This document shows positions 25,809 to 37,065 of a stretch of 64,000 bases of DNA, piece by piece. The position numbers were made by a program, and so were the translations under genes. Position 1 is the stretch's first letter, and every line of letters starts with the position of its first letter. Below the pieces are notes generated by a model. That model worked only from the letters and a program-made list of their open reading frames with translations, searched no databases and was not told where the DNA came from. Source of the DNA: Takakia lepidozioides. Taxonomy: Eukaryota > Plantae > Bryophyta. The DNA is taken from contig CM060733.1 in NCBI GenBank assembly GCA_030704615.1, forward strand, positions 9,982,001-10,046,000. Reading direction: 5' to 3'.

Positions 25809-28515
25809 TCAGAAAAGAACGAAAAGAAAAGCAGGGGAATGGATTGAGCGTGGAGTGGGTGACTTACAGCCTGCACAGAGGACGTATCGTACACGGACAC
25901 CATCAGCAATTTTCGTGCTACTGGTCTTCGTCACACACCAGGGGTGTCTATCATGCTTTCGATCCATGTCTGTTAACATCCCTGAGGCTTTGTTTGACGA
26001 AGTAACAGGTGAAAACTCGAAGATGACATTGCCATTGACTTCGGGAGGCAGATACGTTACCTTCCTGACTGGAAATTTGACATAGTCGAGAGCAGCCAGC
26101 TCGGAGCGAGAACCATCGAGGTGATTTTGCCGTAGGAGCTGCACAATGGACCGGGTTGGAGTTATGCTCGAGGGTACATGCGTAGCACCTGCAGAGACGT
26201 CCATGTCGGATTTGAACGACCGTGTGGAGGACATGGGGACCTCAATGCAGTCATCTTCCTCGTCGGAAATGTCAAATACGTCCACACGAGAAGCTATGGA
26301 GAAGGATGGAGAAAGGAGGGGAGCCAGTGTCGGGGAAGGCAGCAGAGTTGTGACTGGGTGGAGGGGCCCCGGCGTGCAGTTGGGAGACTGCTGCGTGAAG
26401 TATTGCGAGATCTGGAGGTTTGAGGAGCTAGAGGTCGACCAAGAGCCCATGGGGATGTAGTTGGGGTTGCCATAGTCTTCAATTCTCTTTCGATCGATTG
26501 CATCATTCTGCGCTTCAATTTCCATGTCCATATAGGCCTTAAGAACTATGAGGGCGTTTTTTAAGGTGTCATTGGACCTGGTTAGGACCTTGTTTGGAGT
26601 GTAAGGACCTTCAAAGTGGTCCGCCTCTGCCCATACCCCTGGGAGAGTGGTTCCAGTTTGAAGAAGCTGGTTTTCGTCCATGAGAGCCAAAATATTGGTG
26701 TTTGGAGACAAGTCTTGACAAAGCCCAGGGAAGGCCTCAACGTAGGAGCCCCAAGTGACCAAAGAGTGAGAGAAAAGAGAGTAGAGAGGGAGGTTGGAGT
26801 TGAGATAGGCCTGAATCTTGTTGTAGAGGGTCGGGTTAGGGGAGCTGTCCATGGGGCTCTTAGCTATGAATGAGTGGATGTCCTGCACCGAGATCCATAT
26901 TGAGTCAAAGTGCATATTGTCCCTGGCAGTGACCCTGAAAGCTAGGTTGGGTTTCCTTCTGAAAATCATCGGGGTAAGACAAGTGGCGACTGGATCTTCC
27001 CTGGTGATTAGCTGCGAACAGCCTTTGAGAGAGAGCGAAGGAAATGTTCCCAGAGTGGCGCAAATTTTGGCAATTGTAGGGTTATGTGCCAGCGGTGAGG
27101 GGCGATGAAGTGGTGTATGTGCTTGCTCCACTGGGTGCTTGGTGATGCTGTTGGGGCATGCTTTCCCTTTGTTCTTGGCCTGTTCCATCTCCCAACTGAT
27201 AATCCCTGGAATTGGAATGGGGGTGGGCATTGAAGGAAGTGTTGCTGGAAGGTGGGCTTTGAGGATATCTGAAGAAGAGGAGCCTTGGATGCTTGCAGCT
27301 TGGAGCTCAGAGATGATGGGGCCCTTGCCTCTGTGGGATTTGGAAGCTGGTGCAGAGGAGGCCTCAATGACCATAGGGTCCTCAATTAGCCTTCTTTTCC
27401 TTGTTGGCGGGGAGGTAGAGATTTGATTGACTGCACTATCCCAAGCATGGTTGCACCGATCATGGGTAGGCATCTGGTCAACTTTCTCTAGCGAGAGTGG
27501 GTGACATAGGGAGGACTCCTTGTGATTGATTGGAATTCCTGGGTGGGGATCTGTGGTAGGAGCTGAATTTTGAATAATTTCGGTGCTTCCGTGCCCAGCC
27601 TGTGGGTTGTTCATTCTCCTCCTTTTCAGCTTGGGGCACCCTGCCTTGAGGTGCCCAAATTTTCCACAGTAATAACATGCCGAAGCTGCCGTGTCCTCGG
27701 ACACTTTCACAGAAAAATAATTGTCTTGATTGTCAATTGGTAGCCTGATGGATTCAGGAAGTTCCTGATCGTTGGGCATTAGCACCACAATCTTAGGGAA
27801 TCCGTTTTCATTCGCCTTTGATGAAATGGTTGCCCCTCTCCATGTTGGGTGCTGTTGCAGTGAGGCAGTGTATGTATCATTGTCAAAGACCGCTAGACAT
27901 CCCAAAAAAGCACCAAAATAATTACCTATAGCCGGTAAGCTCAAGAGGTATTGGTCAGGAATGTAAGGCAACGATATGATCCTTGGGCTCCAAATCTTGC
28001 CATTCCTGTTTCCCATGCATATAGACCATGGGAAAATATTGACGTTAAGCCCATGCAGATGAGGATTGAACGCTTGGGCTTTGTCTGCTGCCTCTTTGGT
28101 TGTTCTCATACTGAGCTGCATCTAAGTCAATCTGGTTGAGCTCCAGTGGGACGAGTGGGTGGTCTCTGGCGATTGCAGACTGCAGGGCAGTAGAGTTTGA
28201 AGGGGAATCTTCCGAGAGATCCGTGGGCAGGCTGCCTGGAATGGGCAGGCTCGGGGAATCTGAGTGGGGCCCGGAAGAGATCCCTGCAGCACCATTGTGA
28301 ATGGGGGGCCCCGAGGGAGGGCCTGGAGCGAACTGAGGTGGGGGACGGTTTGCCTGAGACGAACTATGCGCAATGAGACCCATGGAATGAGTTTGATGCG
28401 CAATGAAGAAGCTTGTCCCCGTTGACGGATGGAGTCTGCGAGGATCCGAAAATCTGGGGCCTTGACCTGGTGGATGGGTTGCCGGATTGAAGGCCTTGTG
28501 AGGGAAGGGCGCCAT
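25809..28515 (-). pseudogene. LINE ORF1 (Pro-rich N-terminus, CCHC zinc knuckle), frameshifted near 28100
   Basis: CYYCGKFGHLKAGC knuckle; lies upstream of ORF2 on the same strand. Confidence 0.8.
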
Positions 28516-29529
28516 GGAGAGGAAGCGAGCTGAAGCCACATGAGAGGGAGCTGGAGGAGAAGGAGGGGAGGGGCAATTGAGAGGATAACAAGAATCAACT
28601 AGCCAGATGCGTGCAAAAGGGTCCCATGCGAACTTGCAGGCACCTGAGGCTGGCCAAGCGAGGAAAGGCGAGAAGAAGGACTGGAGGAAAGGGCGCAAGC
28701 TGAAAAACGGGCCCAAACTGATCAGCTGCTATAGCGAAGCACATGCAGGGGCTTAGGGGTGAGTTAGTGAAGGTGGCTCCTAGGAAACCGAAACGATCAT
28801 TTCCATGATGAAAAAGGTAGGGATCGGATTGGCCAGGATGTTATGGCAGGGGATCAGGGGGGGGGGACTTATGTACTTGGCGGCTGCGCTTTAGGGAGAA
28901 TTAATAGAGGTGAGCTGAGAAGCATACGGCTAAGTATGCAACTCTGATGAAGATAGACAGGCTCGTCATGACAGCCGCTTAGATCCGGTGATTGGGATGG
29001 GGCTTGTCGATGGCACCAAGTATTATGTTCGGGAAGAATCGTGAGGTACAACATTAGCTTGTTTGGGACTTAGAGGCGATAGTGGGGAGGAAGGGGAGCC
29101 CAAGTGCTGGGGTTGAAGAGGTGTGGAGGCTGTCGGCGAAGCTTGCACACACCGCGCCTTGCGGAGCTCTTCTTCTTCCTCCATCGCCAGATCATATATT
29201 TTACAAAGATATTAACCTTTAAATTCTTGTAGAATAAATTTATGTTAGCTAATTCGCTTTCACAAACCTGAAAACCTGGCCTGAAAACTTTAAATTTTCT
29301 GCCACAAGCACCCAATGCATGTAGCACCTGGATGATCTCCATCGTCCTATGGACGTGCTCAGATATGCACGATTACAGAACTACTCACCGTCAGATCCTG
29401 AAGATCGTAAGGACGAGATTGCGCGCCGAAGAGAGGAGCTAGAATCGGCTAAGTCCCCTGGCTGAGCTCAACACTGTCACAGTGAAACCCTAGCGTGCAG
29501 ATGGAGATGGCGGGTGCCTGTTTGTGCAG

Positions 29530-32500
29530 GGTGGCATTTACACGCTACCAAGCCATTTGTCGCCGGGAGCAAGGGATCTGATTCCACGTATGCTACTGGT
29601 GGACCCGATGAAGCGGGTTATTATTCCTGAGGTTCGCCAGCATCCTTCGTTTCAATCTCACTTGCCTCGTTATCCTCCTCCTAATACCATACAGTAAGCT
29701 AACAGGTACACTCTCTCTGAGAGTAGCTGAAGTTGAGATGTTGCATCTAGTGTCCACATATCCATAGCAGGCTAGTTACTATCAACTTGATTTCAGCTGT
29801 GCTCGAAGAGAACACTGGTGAGCAAAGAAATGTTACCAAAGCCTGCATGTCTACCTATGTGTGGAAGTCATAATTCTTGTGCTGGTTTATGAGAAACAAT
29901 TTGAACATGTGTAGTGGTTGACGTGTGCGGAAATATGTGTGCAGATCGATGAAGACATTCTCCAGGAAGTGGTGCTTTTAGGGTTCGACCGATCTCAGCT
30001 TGTTGACTCCTTATTTAATCGTGTCAAAATAATGTACAGACTTTTTCCAGTAGGCATGGCTTTATAACATGGCTTCAAGTTGGTGGATTGTTGTGGTGCT
30101 ATACAAAACTGAGATCTGAGTTTGATTATATATTTCTCCTGTCGACAGCAGCTTCCATGGATTCCTCATTCTACTTGTAGTAGCTTCTCAACTAAGTCTA
30201 GGGTCTATTTCTCGATTTATCTTTATCTGTTGTTCCATTTCCATGGCTTGACTGATGTAGTCGGAAAGGCTGGTATAGTTTTGATTATGCCTAAGCAGGT
30301 CAGTCTGCTGGTCCATATTTGCTCGCAGTTGGATCATCTGTATGAAGTGTGGAGTTTACCAGACGAGTGGGCACTGGCATCTTTTTGGGATTAAAGGTTG
30401 GAACATTGACAGTTAGCTTGCCTGATGCAGGCAAATGTGGCATATTATCTAATGCTAGATAACAGGCGTCATCTATCTAATGGCTATCTTGGGGCTGAGT
30501 TTGAAGAAGCCAAGGTGAGTTGCAGTTGAACTGAATGAGGAACTTGTTATGGACATTTAGCATGGACCTGGGGCATGTAAGTAGCTTGTGCCCACCTATG
30601 GCTGCAATTATCTTATTGTCAAAGAGGCTGACAACCTGTCCTTGATACATGGTCACTGCAACAAAAGGGAAATTAAGCATACAGGGCATTCGAGTTATTG
30701 TTAGTTTGGCACAACTTTTGCATCAACATGTCCTGCCTTGACTGTTCAAAATTTGTGGTACTCTTTCAGAGATGTCACGTGACCTTTCAAGCTGGGTTGT
30801 ATATGCTTTTGGCAGGTTTGCAGTTTTGTTGGGTGCCTACGTGAGCCTTGGGAAGGTGATGCTGTTTCTGTTAGTCAGTGGAAGATAGGTCTAAAGAAAT
30901 TTGATGGTTATGGTGATAGTTGGATGTCAGTTATATGTTGACACTCATTGCTTTGAGAAGGATGGACATGCAGGAACACCTGATCCCCATGTTACCCATG
31001 CATTTCATGTGCTCAACTCCCTTGGGGAGACCTTCCTAAGTGAAGGTACTGGTGCATACAACTAGTATGGATCGGCGGGGTCCATCTCCTTCTCTTTTAC
31101 AACATAGGGTGGCCGCAGAGCGAAAGTGGGCTTTGGGTCTTCAGGTACCTTCATATCCTCCCACTCCCACTATCTGTCTGTTTTCTCCAAACCTGCAAGA
31201 CAATTTGATTCCAGGAGGCTGTAACTGTCGACCTGAAACCGTTTGACATTGTCTCATGTATCTCACTTACCAAATGCAAGGGTAGATTCTCCCAGTGTAC
31301 TTGTATTTCATGTACTTGTTGATGGTGTTCTATTTACTGGTCTAGGATTTCAATTGAAGACCCACGCTCGAAGCACAGGCAGTGTCGCTATCTGCGCGAT
31401 GGAATATTTCCCTATCGACACCCCAACCATGTAACCGTTAAGAGACAGTAAGGTTCCAGCAGATAAGCCTGGTGGTTGGTTAGTAATACCATGGCCGCAC
31501 TGTGGGGAGTCCTGAGAGCCACTCTTATGGCCATGTTTCACCCAGCAGCCTCGACTTTTTGTCACCACAAAATTGGGAAGATAGTATAACAGAATCCTTC
31601 CTCATTTTCCTTGAAGTGGTCAATATCCTAGTCAAGGGGTGCACTATCACTCACACCTGGTGACATGCCAGTAAGGACCATGTGGATCAGGCCAACATGT
31701 TGCAATATTAGTTCCAAAAAATTGAGGTGGAAACTTGATGGCCTGTTTGGTTTATAAGAATTGAGCATCATTTCTAAGTGTTTCATTTTGGATTTGGCTG
31801 TCTGTGAATATAACCATCAATCACAGTCCCAATCCAATCCAAAAGAGATAATCACAGAGGTCTTAAAGGCACTTCGGGAGCTGGACATTGGCTGGAAGAA
31901 GATGGGGGCCTATAATGTAAAGTGCCGGTGGGTGGCACCGGTGCCAACCCAAAGCGTGAAAAGCCTTGCAAGTGATGGCCTTTTTGATTCGCCCATGGCA
32001 GGATCTGTCTATAAGGTGTCCTCTGTCCACTGGATAGCTGACCCTCGAGGAGGTGGCAATGAGTGTTGAGTTTTGAGCCCAGTGATAGCGGAGCAGGAGT
32101 TGAAAAGAATCTTGTCAAGTTTGAAGTTCAGGTAAGCTTGTTCCAACTTGTCGCTTATGTGATCTCTAAGGCTAAAGCTCCCTATAGAAAACCCAGTGGT
32201 TAGTGCCCCTTATGGTTTCCTTGGGTGGTGGGGGGGTCAATCCTGTTGTGACCTATACAGCTGTGGATGGGAACAGTCCATTGTAGAATTGAGGTTCTTA
32301 AGATACCTGGTCTCACCGTGTGTTGCTGTTGCATGGATGTAAACAATCTGATAATGGCTGATTATGACACAGGCTTAAAAGGATGTTTTGGTAGTTTGTG
32401 CTGTCAGGTGGAAAAAAAGAGCAAAACTGATCAGAAAGGGTAACATGAAGGATTGGTAGAGTGCAGGTGTACAAAATGCGGGAGGAGAAGTACTTGCTGG

Positions 32501-32560
32501 ACCTGCAAAGAGTGGATAGTCTCTGGCTATAACATGTGCAGGATTTCACTTCACAGCTAG
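29530..32560 (+). pseudogene. SnRK1: SnRK1 alpha (SNF1/KIN10) 3'-partial, intron-containing pseudogene
   Basis: Exons GGIYTLPSHLSPGARDLIPRMLLVDPMKR (29530), UBA IDEDILQEVV (29945), VAYYLMLDNR (30431), ERKWALGLQ (~31144), PKEIITEVLKALREL (31828) and KA1 YKMREEKYLLDLQRV (32467). It carries stops and indels, and the N-terminal kinase exons were not found. Confidence 0.9.
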
Positions 32561-33347
32561 ATGTAGCTGATGACTGCTTTTTGATGGCTTCACGGTGCAT
32601 CCTTTACTGCCCCAACTTACTTGTGCCCACAACAATGTTACCTCCACTCTTTGATTGTGCAATGACTGGCATCACTATCCACCACAGGTCTTTTGCCCTG
32701 CCATATTGTACCAAACAGGATCCCTGTTTCACTTGTAGCATTTCTCCTGAAACCTTAGTGACCTTTACAACATTTTTAAAGCTTTTTGCCAGTGGAGGAC
32801 GAAGATGTAGTCCACGTTCCTGCTCCAGCGGATGAGGATATTTGAGTTTCACAGTTTTGTTGCTCTTCTGTAGTTCACTCTCTCCCAATTATGTGAATAT
32901 TGCTACATGCAATTTCAATTGTGATCTTTTAATTGACGCAATGGTGCTGCTGTATGCAATGAGGTTGTCTTCTTTGCACACACACACAAGGGGGGCTAAT
33001 TCCCAGGGAAAACACCAACCGACCAAGAGGAGTGGATTAAAGCGCATGGGGCAAACCTCACAGGGGAAAAACCCCAAGGCCTATCACTCAAGGGGAAAAA
33101 TCACACATTAGGAGAAAATAACCCACCGAAGAAAAACTGCAAAGGGAAAAAAACCAAAGAGGGGAAAATCCCACAGTGGAACCCATCAAAGCAAAACCAC
33201 AGAAGGGAAAAGAAACACACGAAAAACCCCACGGAAAATCCACGAGGTTTTTTTCCCAAAAGGTTGCAAGGGAAAGCCCACCAGATTCCCTCCGTTGCAC
33301 AGTTCCCTGTGACTTGTTCTTTTCAAGCACTCGCTAAAAGGGGGAAA

Positions 33348-34253
33348 ATGTTATTATTCGACCTCTGGACATTTGATACTCAGTCAAATGGACATCTGAT
33401 ACTTGGTCTTCCATTGGATTTCGAAGGGCTTCCATTTGCAGTCGCTGAAGGCCTCGTGTGCTTTTGTGGGTGGGTGACCAAGACGATGACTTCACGAATA
33501 TATATATGTAATCCTCTTACAAAAGCTTGGCCGGAACTCCCTCCCCTTCCTGAAGCGCATGCGACGTTTCCCCGAATGTTTCATATGATGATGGATAGCC
33601 ATACCAGGAATTACACCCTCATTGTAGGACGGTCTCCATCAGGTGCAAACAGTTTAGATTCAATCAGTGTACATCACATCGCAGTCTATAACTCCGGAAC
33701 CAACCGCTGGAGCAGCTGGAGCACAACCGATGGTGGGAATGCTTCGTTGTTTGGAACTCTCCCAAACAATCTCAACAAAAGCATTTACTGTAAGGAGGTT
33801 CATGATGCCACAGGATGCAATTCAGGCGTAAGGATTTTGGACATCCAAACGGGAGTATGGGGTGACCTCCCAAAGTTACCACCTTCACCTGATGTTGAGT
33901 GTATAACCCTAGAGCAAAGCAGCAATGGGCGTGTCTTCACGTTTACTACCCCCGAGGAGGGTGTGTGGGAATTTCGAAGAACGGAGCAGAGGTGGGCGAG
34001 GATCACATGTCTCCCCGAGCGTCGTGACTACTACCATGATCACATTTTCTTTGTTTGTGGCGATGTGCTTCTACTGGTGGAACGAGCTATTGATGAAGTG
34101 TTATGGGAGTGTGACATACACCGGCGGACTGTAACGTACAACACGTCCAAGGATGAGTGGCGTGAGTTACACAAAGAAGTGGATCGCTCCTTCGATAGGG
34201 CATTTTTGCATGGAGGATTTATGATTGAATGTAGGTTGGATGCAAAACCCTGA
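33348..34253 (+). CDS. F-box-associated / kelch-like beta-propeller ORF lacking its F-box (possibly truncated)
   Basis: AEGLVCF..IYICNPLTKAWPELPPLP, VYNSGTNRW and TYNTSKDEW motifs; a GGGAAA-rich repeat (~32990-33345) sits directly upstream. Confidence 0.7.
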   Translation: MLLFDLWTFDTQSNGHLILGLPLDFEGLPFAVAEGLVCFCGWVTKTMTSRIYICNPLTKAWPELPPLPEAHATFPRMFHMMMDSHTRNYTLIVGRSPSGANSLDSISVHHIAVYNSGTNRWSSWSTTDGGNASLFGTLPNNLNKSIYCKEVHDATGCNSGVRILDIQTGVWGDLPKLPPSPDVECITLEQSSNGRVFTFTTPEEGVWEFRRTEQRWARITCLPERRDYYHDHIFFVCGDVLLLVERAIDEVLWECDIHRRTVTYNTSKDEWRELHKEVDRSFDRAFLHGGFMIECRLDAKP

Positions 34254-36138
34254 TCAGATACTTGTGACGCGTTGATTTGTGAGAGATGCATCACTCAATT
34301 TTGTGACAGGCACGCCACATCTATTGTAGTTTTGATCCATCGTTTGACAGTTTTCTTGCAAGTTTGTGATGATCAAAGGACTGTAACAAATGTTGAAGAG
34401 GGTGCTCATGACAGTGTGGGCTGTACCGACATTGCAAATATCTCTTCAAAGGTAAGTTAGTACTGTGGCCTCTACGCACTGTGTACAGAGGGACAATGTT
34501 AAGAAAAGATTTATGAATGTGATTGCCACCCATTTTGCCAACAGTCTCTAGGGTTTACAATGATTACAGGGAATATTATGACCATCAGGGTATTTATGTG
34601 TGAGAGAAAGCTAAGAGAGGCAGAAAGTGCATTTCTCTTTGTTTCCTGTAAGTTAGACTCAAAATACATGAAAACAAGGAAAGTTCAAGTATTTTAGTTG
34701 GCATGCATGGAACTTGGCCATTTTGTGCTGTGTAGGTGCATTTGTCCGTCATTTAGTATTCCATGTTGCATACCAATAGGGCAGTGAACTCCTTACCTGG
34801 TTTCCATAAGGCAGACGAAGGGGAAAACAAATATCTGGAATTGTCTTGGGAGACAGCTTGCCCCTGACAGCAATGCCCCATATGGTCAATTTCTTAGTTC
34901 ACTTCATAACTCCATTCCAGCGGAGGGGGGGGAGGAAAAGAAAGTGTATGATACTTCCACTGAGAGCCAATTGGCCAATGAGAGATAGAGAAGATGGAAA
35001 ATATGAGGGAGAGACTGACGAGAAGTAGCCAAGGCTCACGCAGGCAAGCTAACTTCATGATGAAGGCTGGGCTTGGGAGCCAAGTAGCTGCCTCATGCTC
35101 AGGAGGCCAGTACATGCTTACAGGAAGTACTACGACCGTCGGGGTATTTATGTGGGAGAGAGAGCTGAGGGAGGCAGCAATTGTCTCTATTTCCTATAGT
35201 CTGAGTATTCCCTAGTGCACACTTGTTTTCTCCTTTGTAGTCTCACAAACTTACTACCGTATTGGACAAGTTTGCAATATCAATACCTATCTCGATAGAG
35301 ATAAAGGATTCACAATGCATTTATGTAGTAAAACTTGCTCATAAGCAGATGAACAAGCTAATTAGCCCTTAAAAGCGAACAAAAACCTGGGTGCAGTGTG
35401 AAAAGGGCCCTTGGAGTCGGCGATACTTGATTGTTGTAGTCTGTGAGTAGAGTCAGGCTACATCCAATCCTTGTCGTGCTGCTTCTCAACATCATGTGGG
35501 GGTGTGCTACAGGCTGAAACGTAAAGAAATTTGTCCACATTCCAAGGGTTGTGATACATTCGCTGATTTCATCTAACAAGGCTGCATCAGAAACGTGGAG
35601 CCCTAAGCGGCAGGGGTTTTTGTTTGAGAACTATGGCCACCATCACCTTAGGACAAATGGTGTAAGACCCAACTATTCAATAGGGAATGATGAACCATAA
35701 AGAAAATTTAACTTAGTAGGTGATCGTTATGGGGTGGCTCATGTAATGTCTTCACCGGTGAATCATTGGCAAGATCGAGGCTTGGCTATATCACTGGGAC
35801 AAATAACTTTCTATTATGTGTAAATGATTGGGGTTCAATAGATATAGATATATGGCTTATGGTATCTCCCTGCTCCTTACAGAGAGTTTCACACTTCAGT
35901 GCTATCAATACACTTCACTTCTCTTCTGAGGGAGGCCATGTCTCGGGCAATTTGGAGTCCTATTCTTACGATGGGATGGATTGAAGAGCCTCACCCTAGA
36001 GTTCAATGGCACCAAAATACTGTGGCTTATGATGAACTTCAACTCAAGATGCTCAGGAGTGTCAATTTGACATGAAGCGTGCTGAAAGCAAGAGTGTAAT
36101 GATGCATAAGCGAGTGGGCGTAGAAGGGCCCTACAGAG

Positions 36139-36413
36139 CAGCCATTCTTTTAGAGGCGAATAATCGCCAGATTTCGACCTCAAAAAATAAAATCGAATAT
36201 TCTGCCGCAAATCCACTGTTTTTTCATGGATGAAATCGCCAAATTTCTCCAAATACAAAATAAATTATGGATGAATTCACCAAATATAGATGATATAATG
36301 GATGATGGCACATATGTGGATGAATTACAGTGGCTGAACAGAATAAATGGCTATTTCCTGCAAAACTCTGTAGCCACTCGTGCTGTTTTCCAAATTTCTT
36401 AAGAAAAACACTG
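36139..36413. mobile_element. MITE-like dispersed repeat (copy 2, inverted relative to 13061-13340)
   Basis: Shares GGCGAA..TCGCCAGATTTCGA..CCTCAAAAAATAAAAT and GTAGCCACTCGTGCTGTTTTCCAAATTTC with copy 1; ends in AAAAACACTG. Confidence 0.7.
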
Positions 36414-37065
36414 CTACTGAGGCAGAGAGGTGTGCCTTTTGTCTGTGCATGAATGAATGCTCATTCCTGGCACCCCTAGCTATTACTATATATCCACATT
36501 CCCTGGTTTCGGCAGATATTGCGCTGTTGTCTAACGTGGACACACGAAATGGCAGCATGCAATGTACTTACATACAACCGTCACTTCGCCTTGCACACCT
36601 CTTTATAAAGATACGAGTTCTCGCAGTCCGAGTTCTCTAGTTCCTCTCAACAATACAAAAATAAAGTTGATCTTGAATGACTGATTAATGCGCCAAGCCC
36701 AGGTTTTAAACCTCATTAAGGCGTGCGAAACTTACTGTTTGAACTTTGAACGTTTGAGTCAAGCTGAAACTCATCAGCAAATGGGACCCGGCAGTCTTAC
36801 ATTGAGCAAGGTAGACTTACATTTCAAACAACAATATACTAACCTCAGCTGCCATGAGCATATAAGCGCCACCATAATGAAGGCCCGCAACTCAAAAAAG
36901 GAGACCAATTGGTAGCTTGCAGGAGGGAGCTCAAAAGAATGAAGATCTATCGTTTCCAAGTTTATTGAGTTATATATATGATTTCCTACAGCTGTCTGGA
37001 GGATAAGCTTTCTTTCGCTGTAACGGCTAAGACGATCTCTAAAGCTTCTGTGATGAGAGGACTTT

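Larger units (their letters stand above)
20190..29180 (-). mobile_element. Near full-length decayed L1-clade LINE retrotransposon
   Basis: ORF1 with a CCHC knuckle; ORF2 with APE, RT and zf-RVT domains; A-rich tail near 20190-20220. Ends are approximate. Confidence 0.9.
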
